From a candidate division WOR-3 bacterium (GTDB taxonomy: Bacteria > Hydrothermota > Hydrothermia > UBA1063), in contig JBDRYS010000002.1 of the NCBI GenBank assembly GCA_039803545.1, positions 68,385-132,384 of the forward strand: DNA of 64,000 nucleotides. Reading direction: 5' to 3'. A model generated the notes under the pieces. The model did no database searches, was not told the origin of the DNA, and worked only from the letters and a program-made list of their open reading frames with translations. Below, in pieces: positions 1-10,202 of the stretch (its first letter is position 1; every line of letters starts with the position of its first letter). Made by a program: the position numbers and the translations under genes.

Positions 1-234
1 ATTCTTCCAATGCTCTCCTCCCCACTTCGGTTATCTTTATGAGAGTCTTGGGCTTTTTCCCCTCAAAGAACTTCTTAATCTCAACGTAGCCTGCTTCTTC
101 CAGCTTCGAGAGGTGTCTCGATAAGTTCCCCTCTGTTGTGGAAACCAGCTCCAGAAGTTCCTTGAAAGAGAGCTCTTTATACTTTGCAAGAGCTAACATC
201 GCCCGAAGCCGAACCGGTTCATGGATTACTGGAT
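1..234 (-). CDS. Winged-helix (ArsR/PadR-like) transcriptional regulator, N-terminal part only; the 3' end runs off the window
   Basis: Reverse translation from ATG at 234..232 gives MNPVIHEPVRLRAMLALAKYKELSFKELLELVSTTEGNLSRHLSKLEEAGYVEIKK.... The HxxxRLRIL...GNLSxHLxxLxxAG pattern is typical of ArsR-type wHTH. It is not in the ORF track because no stop lies within the window. Confidence 0.5.
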
Positions 235-945
235 TCATAATCTACTATTTTTAATCCTCAATTCAAGATAAATGTAAAATCCAACGTAGCAAATACCATA
301 TACCAAAAGTGTCAGCGGAATTTCCCTTTCATTCAAAAGCATAAAGGCGATAACCCCAGCAATGTTGCTGACCAAGGAGAATAAAAACAATGATTTTTCC
401 GAAAATAGGCCCCACAAACCTAAGGAAAAAGCTATTATACCAGGCCATAAAAGATATAAGAGCACTAAACTGTTAGATTTGACAACAGCAAAAGTCAAGA
501 GGACGTTGAAAAGTAATATATATCCCCAGAGCGCAGGTATAAAAGTAAATCTCGTATTCTTAGTGGCTTTTCTCATGTTAAAGAACACGCCCAGAATCGT
601 AATAAACCATATCAAGCCAAAGGACAGATATGTAAACTTAGAGCTTAAAAGGAGTAGATAAACAGCAAAAGCCGATATCCAATAAACAAAGGCTGTCCAT
701 TTTGTCCATTTAAAAGCATCAAGCAGGAAAAAGAAGGGGAGAAGAAAGTAAACATACCTCCAATCACCGGTGAAATAACTAAGGAGGGAAGAAGAGGCCT
801 GATAAAGTCCCCACACCAGGAACTCGGCCTTCGCGGAGCGAAGGCCGAGTTCCGTTTCCTTTTTCAACACCGCTTTAATCTCTTCAAGAGCAGATAAGGC
901 CTCCTTAATTTCCTTTTCTTTCATAACCGCCTCCGAATATAACAC
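235..945 (-). CDS. Polytopic membrane protein of unknown function (about 6 TM), co-operonic with the regulator
   Basis: 236-aa ORF with a cytoplasmic charged N-terminus followed by repeated hydrophobic helices. Its stop abuts the regulator start. The true start is probably the internal Met near 924. Confidence 0.45.
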   Translation of the reverse strand: MLYSEAVMKEKEIKEALSALEEIKAVLKKETELGLRSAKAEFLVWGLYQASSSLLSYFTGDWRYVYFLLPFFFLLDAFKWTKWTAFVYWISAFAVYLLLLSSKFTYLSFGLIWFITILGVFFNMRKATKNTRFTFIPALWGYILLFNVLLTFAVVKSNSLVLLYLLWPGIIAFSLGLWGLFSEKSLFLFSLVSNIAGVIAFMLLNEREIPLTLLVYGICYVGFYIYLELRIKNSRL

Positions 946-1555
946 TCAGGCTGAGAGAGAAAGAACCAAGTGGCGATTCGGGAGAATTCAAAAGTTCGTT
1001 ACCTTCTTGCAAACTCCAATTTTTTGATAAAATTGTGTTATAAGAAACCATAGCCATTAAGCCAACAGGAAGTTTCTGTGGTAAAACAACAAATCCAATG
1101 GATGGTGAAATCGAGAAACCGCCTCTTGACATGGTAACTTCCCTTTTGGGATCAGTCCAAACACTATCCCAGCTTAAACCTTGAGTTCTTACCCTAATCC
1201 TTACATCTTCACCAAATCCGCCTATTCCAAGCATCAGGAATGGGTTGAAAATCCCGAGGGATACGGGAATATACCCCACCTGGAAAAACCCACCGCTTAT
1301 GCTATAGGTTACCTCCATGGTATCCTTTACTCTTTTTTCTGAACCACCGACTCCACCGCCCCCAATCATGGTTTTCCCGAGGAAAGAGAAGCCATGACCA
1401 CCCTGTACAAAGACATACTCGATCTTCTCCATCCCCAGCCCTGCGAGCTTACTATTTACGCTTTCGTTATTGAATTTCACAAGGCCTGCGGTGTAACCGC
1501 CAAACCCACCGTACAGCACCCCTATCAGGATTGTAGTTATTATTGGACCTACCAT
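905..1555 (-). CDS. Glycine-rich hypothetical protein with an N-terminal hydrophobic anchor
   Basis: Track ORF 905..1603. The start was moved to ATG 1555..1553 (MVGPIITT...) because AAAGGAGA lies 7 nt upstream and the upstream Met sits inside the promoter spacer. GGxGG-rich sequence, no recognisable family. Confidence 0.4.
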   Translation of the reverse strand: MVGPIITTILIGVLYGGFGGYTAGLVKFNNESVNSKLAGLGMEKIEYVFVQGGHGFSFLGKTMIGGGGVGGSEKRVKDTMEVTYSISGGFFQVGYIPVSLGIFNPFLMLGIGGFGEDVRIRVRTQGLSWDSVWTDPKREVTMSRGGFSISPSIGFVVLPQKLPVGLMAMVSYNTILSKNWSLQEGNELLNSPESPLGSFSLSLSVIFGGGYERKGN

Positions 1556-1577
1556 TTTAAATCTCCTTTTGTAAATT

Positions 1578-1594
1578 ACTTTACAATGTAAAGT
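1578..1594. promoter_or_regulatory. Palindromic operator-like site ACTTTA-N5-TAAAGT overlapping the -10 and transcription start of the operon
   Basis: ACTTTACAATGTAAAGT has perfect 6-bp inverted arms. It overlaps the TATACT -10 by 3 nt and covers the predicted +1. Confidence 0.4.
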
Positions 1595-1620
1595 ATATTG
1601 CATTGGAAATGTATTGTCAA
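1592..1620 (-). promoter_or_regulatory. Sigma70-like promoter TTGACA-17-TATACT driving the 1555..1 operon
   Basis: Minus strand: TTGACA (plus 1620..1615), 17-nt spacer, TATACT (plus 1597..1592). A 37-nt leader with SD GGAGA follows. Confidence 0.5.
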
Positions 1621-2152
1621 GTCTCCTCTCCTAAAGCTGGAAAATCGAAAGGGTTCGCTTGAAAAGTAATTAATAATATATGGCTATGCTTTTACACAAA
1701 AAGGCCTGAAGACTTTGTGAATTACAAAAACGAGATTACGTGTTTCTTCAAAATTAATTCTACTTGAAAGATCGTCTATTGTAGTTCTGATGCCCATTCG
1801 AGCCTCCCCTTCTTGTTGTAAGCCCTGTCAAGCTCTCTTTGTAATCTGATTATCGTTTGTGTTAATATTATATCTTTATGTTATCCCTCAATCTCTCAAC
1901 CTTCTTTTTTATTTCTTTACATACGCTTTCGATTCTTAACCCTACCCGTTTAACGGTGCCTCTATCTCATATCCACTTTACCTTTATCCCGTTAATTTTG
2001 TGTTTCTCGCCACTTTCATTGGATACGACTACATTGCGTTCCTCCTTTTTTAAAGAACAAAAGGAGGCAATACGGTCACCGCTTTATTATTTTGCTATTT
2101 TTGATGAAACAATCCCATTTCGAGTAGATTAATTTTGAGGAACGCCGCGTTA

Positions 2153-2181
2153 TTGACAATTTGAATCTTAAAGGCTATAAT
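2153..2181 (+). promoter_or_regulatory. Consensus sigma70 promoter TTGACA-17-TATAAT
   Basis: TTGACA at 2153-2158, TATAAT at 2176-2181, exact 17-bp spacer. ATG at 2188 follows 6 nt after the -10 with no SD, a leaderless arrangement. Confidence 0.5.
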
Positions 2182-2187
2182 TTTTAC

Positions 2188-4335
2188 ATGGAACTAATTA
2201 AGTTAATCGAAAAAGTTGAAGAATATAAAGAAAAGCATAGCTCGATAACGCGAGCCCTTTCAAAGTTAAGCGACTTTTATAGCAAAGGTGAGATCACGGA
2301 AAAACAGTTCCTCATTCTAAAAGCGGATTATGAAAAGGAGATTAATTTTCTGACTAAGGAGCTCAACGAGCTTCTCAGTGAGGTAAAATCCAAAGTTGAA
2401 GAATTTGAGAATAGGTTAAAAGAGCTTAATATAGAGTATAAGAGAACTAAAATCGACATCCTCCTCGGTGATAAGCCTCCCGATATAGGAAGAGCAGAAT
2501 TAGCAAAAATAGCCAAGGAAATTGCTTTAACCAAACACGACTACAAGCAGTACAAAGCAATTCTCGAAGCAGAAACAGAAGAAGATTTCGAGAAAATAAG
2601 GAAAATGGCCCCTCCCACAAGCATTAAGGTAGAAAATGTCACCCCTGTCAATGAGTTACTGGAACAAGAAGAACAACTCAAAAAGAAGCGTTTAGAAGGT
2701 AAAGCTCAACTTTACTTAAAACCCCTTGAGGAAATTTACAAAAGGCTTGAGAAAATAAAGGATTTCTTAACAGAAAGCCTCACGGAAGTTGAAACGGTAA
2801 AAAATGCTCTTGAAGAAGAGGCAGGAAAGCTCGTTATAAAAATACGAATGGGCGGACCTGAAGAACAAAGCGCCAGAAATAGATTGATGGAAGTCATTAA
2901 AAAAGTGAAAGAGTACGATGAACTCCTGGCCAAGATTAGCAAAACCGTTGAAGAAATTAATAAGAGGCTGGGTGAAAAAGAACTTATAATGGTAGAAAGT
3001 CAGGAAGATGCCTCCAAGATCGGGCAGATAGAAGAGATTAACCTGGAGGAAGCTTCTAAAATACTAGAAGAGCTTGAAAAACAGGGTGTGGAAGTAATTA
3101 GTACGGTCCCTGAGGAAAAAGTCGAGGAAGAGAAGGAAGAAGAGGAAGAATTAACTAAGGAGCCCGCTCCAGAGTTTAAAACAGTAAAAAGCAGGAAACG
3201 CTCGCCTCTCGTTCCAATCCTCGTCTCAATTCCTATAGTATTGGGTTTACTTTTTGCAGTCTATAGAAAATTCTTCTTTACACCTTCACAAGAAGAAAAG
3301 GTAATATTCCCTGTATACATGGGCAATTCGGAGCACAATTTCAACGTAAAGGCCCTTTTGGGAAATCAAGTACCACGCATTGATTGGTCAAGGAATTTAA
3401 CCGGTATTCCGTCACAGCCTGCGATAAACAACGGCATAATATATGTAGGGACAGACCAGGGGATATTGTACGCATTAGATACTCTCGGTAATGTGCTTTG
3501 GCAGACAAACTTAAATGGCAGTATTAATCACGCTCCGGTTATATTGAATAACAATATAATCGTTGGCACTTCAAATGGAGTTTTACACATTATCAACACT
3601 TCGGGTCAAATATTGAAGTCAAAGAGTTTCAACGGGTCCATTGTCGCACCCCCTATTGCCTTCGGCGATATAATTTACGTACCTGTTTTTCAAGATGGTG
3701 TATACGCATACAACATCAATCAGGACAAAATTGAATGGAAATTCTCCACCGAGGGAATGGTTAAAAACATGCCTTTAATTGATGAAACAAACCTTTATGT
3801 GGCCGATTTAAACGGAAATATTTATATCGTGAATAGAACAACAGGAGTTGAGATAAACCACATTAAAACTTCAGCCCCAATAGAAGCTTATCTAAATCTC
3901 TATGAAAAACAGCTGTTCTATGGAAACACAGCAGGCGAAATAGGGTGTTTCGATGTGGCAAAGAATACTATCTTGTGGTCTTTTAACTTTACAGAGCCAG
4001 TCACTGGATCCCCTGCGGTTAAGGATAGCTTCGTAGTTGTAAGTACCGCTTTTGGAAAGATCTACTCCCATAACACAAAAACAGGAATCAGGATGTGGAC
4101 TTTTGACACTAAAAATTTTATATCTTCTACACCCGTGATTATCGATACCTTCGTACTTGTTTCAACTACAACCGAAACGGGAGAATTTGGTGAACTTTAC
4201 TGTCTGAACCTTAATAATGGCAATCTAATCTGGGTACTTCCAATACCCAAAGTCCTTGAAACCTCTCCACTCTTATGGGGCAGAAGGTTATTCATTGCAG
4301 CAAGGGACGGAACTTTCTATTCCTTGAGCTTTTGA
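2188..4335 (+). CDS. Coiled-coil / single-TM / PQQ-like beta-propeller repeat protein
   Basis: 724-aa track ORF from TTG 2161; ATG 2188 is preferred. The N-terminal ~330 aa is E/K-rich and coiled-coil. A hydrophobic helix PLVPILVSIPIVLGLLFAVY follows, then repeated motifs of the type IIYVGTDQGILYALD / LYVADLNGNIYIVN, typical of PQQ/BamB-like propeller blades. Confidence 0.6.
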   Translation: MELIKLIEKVEEYKEKHSSITRALSKLSDFYSKGEITEKQFLILKADYEKEINFLTKELNELLSEVKSKVEEFENRLKELNIEYKRTKIDILLGDKPPDIGRAELAKIAKEIALTKHDYKQYKAILEAETEEDFEKIRKMAPPTSIKVENVTPVNELLEQEEQLKKKRLEGKAQLYLKPLEEIYKRLEKIKDFLTESLTEVETVKNALEEEAGKLVIKIRMGGPEEQSARNRLMEVIKKVKEYDELLAKISKTVEEINKRLGEKELIMVESQEDASKIGQIEEINLEEASKILEELEKQGVEVISTVPEEKVEEEKEEEEELTKEPAPEFKTVKSRKRSPLVPILVSIPIVLGLLFAVYRKFFFTPSQEEKVIFPVYMGNSEHNFNVKALLGNQVPRIDWSRNLTGIPSQPAINNGIIYVGTDQGILYALDTLGNVLWQTNLNGSINHAPVILNNNIIVGTSNGVLHIINTSGQILKSKSFNGSIVAPPIAFGDIIYVPVFQDGVYAYNINQDKIEWKFSTEGMVKNMPLIDETNLYVADLNGNIYIVNRTTGVEINHIKTSAPIEAYLNLYEKQLFYGNTAGEIGCFDVAKNTILWSFNFTEPVTGSPAVKDSFVVVSTAFGKIYSHNTKTGIRMWTFDTKNFISSTPVIIDTFVLVSTTTETGEFGELYCLNLNNGNLIWVLPIPKVLETSPLLWGRRLFIAARDGTFYSLSF

Positions 4336-4371
4336 TAGGACGATTTAATTCCTTTATAATTGAGCACAACA

Positions 4372-4444
4372 GGGCCGTTAGCTCAGGAGGTAGAGCACCG
4401 GATTTTTAATCCGGTGGCCGCAGGTTCGAGTCCTGCACGGCCCA
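4372..4444 (+). tRNA. tRNA-Lys (anticodon TTT)
   Basis: GGGCCGTTAGCTCAGGAGGTAGAGCACCGGATTTTTAATCCGGTGGCCGCAGGTTCGAGTCCTGCACGGCCCA folds as a cloverleaf. Anticodon stem CCGGA/TCCGG, loop TTTTTAA. No encoded CCA. Confidence 0.85.
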
Positions 4445-4509
4445 TTTTCTCAAAATTTTGATCCTTTATAATTTAAATGCCTTTTTACAATACCTAAGAA
4501 GGGGGGATA

Positions 4510-4983
4510 ATGTCCCGTGTCTTAATCATAATGGGCTCCAAAAAGGATATAACATTTTGTGAAAACATCAAGAAAGAATTAGCAAAATTCGGCATCGAAG
4601 TAATCCTACGCATTGGTTCTGCCCATAAAGTTCCCTTAAAGGTTTTAGAAATTCTTAAAGAGTATGAAAAGGAGATTGATGTCATCATTACCGTTGCTGG
4701 AAAAAGTAATGCGTTAAGTGGCTTTGTTGACGCTCAGACTTCAAAACCCGTCATTGCCTGTCCACCCTATTCCGAAAAATTTGCCGGTGCCGACCTCTTC
4801 TCATCCTTAAGGATGCCAGAAGGAGTAGCCCCAATGGTGGTGCTTGAACCAGAACAAGCCGCCTTAGCTGCAGCTAAAATTGTGGGAGTTAAAGATGATG
4901 AAGTAAGAAAAAAAGTCGAAGAATATCAGATAAAACTCAAAGAAGAAATTGAAAAAAGTGACAAGGAGCTTCTCAATGGGTAG
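4510..4983 (+). CDS. purE: N5-carboxyaminoimidazole ribonucleotide mutase / AIR carboxylase catalytic subunit (PurE family)
   Basis: IIMGSKKD...SAHKVP...VAGKSNALSG motifs of PurE. SD GGGGGG lies 5 nt upstream. Confidence 0.75.
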   Translation: MSRVLIIMGSKKDITFCENIKKELAKFGIEVILRIGSAHKVPLKVLEILKEYEKEIDVIITVAGKSNALSGFVDAQTSKPVIACPPYSEKFAGADLFSSLRMPEGVAPMVVLEPEQAALAAAKIVGVKDDEVRKKVEEYQIKLKEEIEKSDKELLNG

Positions 4984-6010
4984 CGTAAAGGACTTAATCG
5001 TATTAAAGGAACCAACAGAAGAAACGACGGGAGTGGGCAATTTCGTGTTTTCGGACCGTTACTCGGTCTTTGACTGGGGGGAAATGCCAGATCAAATACC
5101 GGATAAGGGTAAGGCCATCTGCATTGTAACCGCTTACTTTTTCGAAAAGCTGGAACAAAGGGGCATAAGGACTCACTATCTTGGTATAGTCGAAGAAGGA
5201 ACAGTAAAAAAACTTAACGATGTAAAAGAGCCCTCGAACACACTTCAATTTAAGATGGTAAGAGTAATAAAGCCCACTTTTAATGGAAAAGACTATGACT
5301 ACTCAGCTTTTAAGACTTTAAAATCGAATTTTCTTATCCCCCTTGAGGTTATTTACAGAAATAGCCTTCCTGAAGGCTCTTCGTTATTAAAGAGGCTCTT
5401 AAAGGGAGAGTGGAAGCCCGAGGATGCGGGGCTAAAAAGCATACCACAACCCGGTGAGAAACTGGAAAAACCCATCCTCGATTTTTCAACGAAACTTGAA
5501 GTTACAGATAGATACATAAAAGAAAATGAGGCCTTTGAGATCAGCGGACTCACACCAGAAGAATTTACTAAACTTAAAGAAATCGCAATTAAAATTAACG
5601 CAATTATCACCGAGGAGGTAAGCAGATTCGGCCTCGTTAACGAAGATGGAAAGTTTGAATTTGCCCTTGATGAAGATAGAAACTTAATGGTAGTCGATGC
5701 CGTTGGGGCTCTTGACGAGTGCAGGTTCACCTACAAAGGAATTCCTGTGAGTAAAGAGATATTGAGAATCTTTTACAGGAAAACTGATTGGTATGAAGAA
5801 ATCGAAAAAGCAAAGAAGGAGGATAGACAAAATTGGAAGAACCTGGTTAAATCCAATCCTCCTTCTCTACCCGGGGAGTGGAAAGAACTGGTGAGTAACA
5901 TTTATAAAAGCTATGCTAACGAAGTCACTGGAAGAAAATTCTTCGAAACTCCAACCCTGACCTCGCTTCTTTCAGAATTAGAAAAACTAATTGAGAGGTT
6001 TAGAGATTAA
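4976..6010 (+). CDS. purC: SAICAR synthetase (PurC family, long form)
   Basis: Start ATG 4976 overlaps the purE stop (ATGGGTAG). GSVKDL, SDRYSVFD and LIPLEVIYRN motifs match the PurC family. Confidence 0.65.
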   Translation: MGSVKDLIVLKEPTEETTGVGNFVFSDRYSVFDWGEMPDQIPDKGKAICIVTAYFFEKLEQRGIRTHYLGIVEEGTVKKLNDVKEPSNTLQFKMVRVIKPTFNGKDYDYSAFKTLKSNFLIPLEVIYRNSLPEGSSLLKRLLKGEWKPEDAGLKSIPQPGEKLEKPILDFSTKLEVTDRYIKENEAFEISGLTPEEFTKLKEIAIKINAIITEEVSRFGLVNEDGKFEFALDEDRNLMVVDAVGALDECRFTYKGIPVSKEILRIFYRKTDWYEEIEKAKKEDRQNWKNLVKSNPPSLPGEWKELVSNIYKSYANEVTGRKFFETPTLTSLLSELEKLIERFRD

Positions 6011-6014
6011 AAAA

Positions 6015-7841
6015 TTAAACGTTTTCCTGCTCAAGTATATTGACCACAACTTTGACAAGTTGCGGATCAAATTGCTTTCCACTTTCTTTAATTAATTCAA
6101 AAATGACTTGTTCTTTGTTCAAAGCCTTTCTGTAAGGCCTGTCAGAGAGCATAGTTACTACAGCATCAGAAATACAGAGAATCCGACCTCCTAATGGGAT
6201 TTCCTCGCCTTTAAGACCATTGGGGTAACCTTTGCCATCATAACGTTCATGATGGGTTTCAACATACAGAGCAGTCTTCTCAAGTCCTGGAATGCTTTTC
6301 AATATTTCCTTCCCAACATAAGGATGATTTCTTATCTCATCCCATTCTACACTATTAAGGGGACCATCCTTTAGCAGGATAGCCCTCTCCACCACAACTT
6401 TTCCGATATCATGAAGTAAACCCGCCACATATATATTTTTCTTTTCATCAGCAGGTAAATTTAAGGCCTCTGCAACTCTCAAAGCAAATTCAGCCACATC
6501 CTTAGAGTGATTTGCCGTAAAATAGTCCTTTTTGCTCTCAAGCTGGGAAAGAATTTCGATGATTTTATCGAGTGCTTCCACACTCTTTTCGTATAGGAAG
6601 AGATTTTTTGAAGCAACTTTTACAGAACTGAATAGTACCTTAATCAATTCTTGATCTTCATCAGTGAGCTTTTCTTTAATTCTGGACCCAAGAATGGCCA
6701 GGTAATTATGATTTTCGATAGAAAAAGAAACGGTAAGTAAAACCTTATAATTTAGGTCCGCATTCTTTAAGCAGGTGGTACAAACCTCCCCTTCTCCCTT
6801 TGCTTCTTCCTCAAGAGGCAAATTCTTCTTAATTTCGGCGAGCTCGCTCTTCGAAAAGCCAAAATTGTACAATAAAGTGAAATGACCCAAGTTATTGCTA
6901 TAAAAAGCGCAATTCTCTATCTTTACAATTTCTCTAAGGTATTCCCTTGACACATCAAAGATTTTTAGAAGACTTGACTCGCTTAAAATGTTCTCTGCGA
7001 GATCCTTAACAAAAAGCAGAGCCTTCAACCTTTTTTCTGAATCTTCACGATATTTCAGTAATTTCAAAACGCTGGTGAGATAAGGAATAAGAGACCTTAA
7101 AAGCCTAACCTCTGCTTGCGTATATGGCGGAAATCCATAATATCGCCCAAGATAGATCATACCGAAGAGTTTATTGTCTACGAAAAGAGGAACTATCATG
7201 ACCCTTTCAACTTTGTAATAGTCCACAAATTGTTTCAAGATTCTCGGTTCATTTTTAGCATCATTAATAACAACTATATCTTTTTTCTCAAGCACCTGAG
7301 AAGCTGCTGTCTCCGGTGTAAGTGGAAAGTTGAACACGCCCTCGATGACCACATCTCCATGAAGAGAAAAGTCCATATAACCCTTACCCCTACCTAAAAG
7401 ATAATTAGTTACTTCATCGTAAACGGTGATACCTCCGATTGTCGAAGAAGTGATTTGGCAAAGGTGTTCTATGATTTCATTATAAATTTCGTCAAATTCC
7501 TTAACCATAGTAACCTTGTGCACAAACTCGTCAACAACACTCTGAAGGTACTCAGATTCAGAAATGGTCAATATAAGCTTTGCAAACCCTTTATGAATAT
7601 TCAACCACTTTACCAATCGTTCATCAGTTCCTTCAAAAGTAATAATTAAAGCACTTGGCGTATCAAGAAAGGCTACTTTATCATCAAAGGCAAAAATCTC
7701 GGGTATCTCGCCAGTCAATCCTATAAAATGTTGACGGTAAGGTGACTCATACACATTGTAATAGAACTCAACTCCCTTTGCCTGAGGTACAGCTTCTTTT
7801 AACAACGACTCAAAACTCAACAAAACCTTATTCTCACTCAT
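6015..7841 (-). CDS. GAF-domain HD-GYP cyclic-di-GMP phosphodiesterase
   Basis: C-terminal HDIGK...HHERYDGKGYP (HD-GYP signature) with N-terminal GAF-like regions. Start moved to ATG 7841, which sits 6 nt after a consensus -10. Confidence 0.7.
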   Translation of the reverse strand: MSENKVLLSFESLLKEAVPQAKGVEFYYNVYESPYRQHFIGLTGEIPEIFAFDDKVAFLDTPSALIITFEGTDERLVKWLNIHKGFAKLILTISESEYLQSVVDEFVHKVTMVKEFDEIYNEIIEHLCQITSSTIGGITVYDEVTNYLLGRGKGYMDFSLHGDVVIEGVFNFPLTPETAASQVLEKKDIVVINDAKNEPRILKQFVDYYKVERVMIVPLFVDNKLFGMIYLGRYYGFPPYTQAEVRLLRSLIPYLTSVLKLLKYREDSEKRLKALLFVKDLAENILSESSLLKIFDVSREYLREIVKIENCAFYSNNLGHFTLLYNFGFSKSELAEIKKNLPLEEEAKGEGEVCTTCLKNADLNYKVLLTVSFSIENHNYLAILGSRIKEKLTDEDQELIKVLFSSVKVASKNLFLYEKSVEALDKIIEILSQLESKKDYFTANHSKDVAEFALRVAEALNLPADEKKNIYVAGLLHDIGKVVVERAILLKDGPLNSVEWDEIRNHPYVGKEILKSIPGLEKTALYVETHHERYDGKGYPNGLKGEEIPLGGRILCISDAVVTMLSDRPYRKALNKEQVIFELIKESGKQFDPQLVKVVVNILEQENV

Positions 7842-7847
7842 GTGAAA

Positions 7848-7876
7848 ATTATAATAAGCAAAGACAAGAAAATCAA
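7848..7876 (-). promoter_or_regulatory. Promoter TTGATT-17-TATAAT, then 6 nt to ATG (leaderless) for the HD-GYP gene
   Basis: Minus strand: TTGATT (plus 7876..7871), 17-nt spacer, TATAAT (plus 7853..7848), TTTCAC, then ATG 7841. Confidence 0.4.
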
Positions 7877-7966
7877 AACGTAAAGAATTCATCCAAATAT
7901 CCTCTACAATACCTCCTTACAAAGTCCTCGCAAGCTCCGACACCAAATTAAGACTTAGTCCGTAGC

Positions 7967-7995
7967 TTGCTTATCCAGTATTTTGACTCTATAAT
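7967..7995 (+). promoter_or_regulatory. Promoter TTGCTT-17-TATAAT for the tRNA-Glu/tRNA-Gln(-guaB) unit
   Basis: TTGCTT at 7967-7972, TATAAT at 7990-7995. tRNA-Glu begins at 8005. Confidence 0.4.
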
Positions 7996-8004
7996 ATATA
8001 CATA

Positions 8005-8082
8005 GGCGCCATCGTCTAGTCTGGCTCAGGATACCTGGTTCTCAGCCAGGAGACCCGGGTTCAAATCCCGGTGGCGCTACCA
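8005..8082 (+). tRNA. tRNA-Glu (anticodon CTC), CCA encoded
   Basis: GGCGCCATCGTCTAG...CCTGG TTCTCAG CCAGG...GGTTCAAATCC...TGGCGCTACCA. The D-arm resembles tRNA-Glu/Gln. Anticodon loop TTCTCAG gives CTC. Confidence 0.8.
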
Positions 8083-8083
8083 C

Positions 8084-10056
<1,973 letters not shown>

Positions 10057-10062
10057 AGAAAA

Positions 10063-10091
10063 ATTTTAATGTCGCTTGTGTGAACGATTAA
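10063..10091 (-). promoter_or_regulatory. Promoter with TAAAAT -10 six nt before ATG 10056 (leaderless LytR_C gene)
   Basis: Minus strand: TAAAAT (plus 10068..10063), TTTTCT, ATG. The -35 is weak (TTAATC). Confidence 0.3.
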
Positions 10092-10167
10092 TAAAAGTGA
10101 AAATCGCCTCCTAATGCCCGTGCTAAAATTCAATTTAATCAATTCTGATTTCAAATTCAGGAGCCTT

Positions 10168-10196
10168 TTGAAAATAGGTTATCCGAGTTTTAAAAT
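10168..10196 (+). promoter_or_regulatory. Promoter TTGAAA-17-TAAAAT, then 6 nt to ATG (leaderless fumB)
   Basis: TTGAAA at 10168-10173, TAAAAT at 10191-10196, TTTCAC, ATG 10203. No SD. Confidence 0.4.
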
Positions 10197-10202
10197 TTTC
10201 AC

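Noticed and set aside
362-661. 99-aa + strand ORF inside the minus-strand membrane protein gene
   Set aside because: It is antisense to a better-supported gene. It is Lys/Arg-rich junk with no RBS.
1878-2132. 84-aa ORF in the 1604-2160 intergenic region as a protein-coding gene
   Set aside because: Extreme CT-richness, low complexity and atypical codon usage argue against coding. It is retained only as a possible ncRNA/UTR in the findings.
4445-4509. Purine riboswitch upstream of purE
   Set aside because: The spacer is only ~65 nt and lacks the conserved three-helix junction motifs. A plain SD (GGGGGG) is present.
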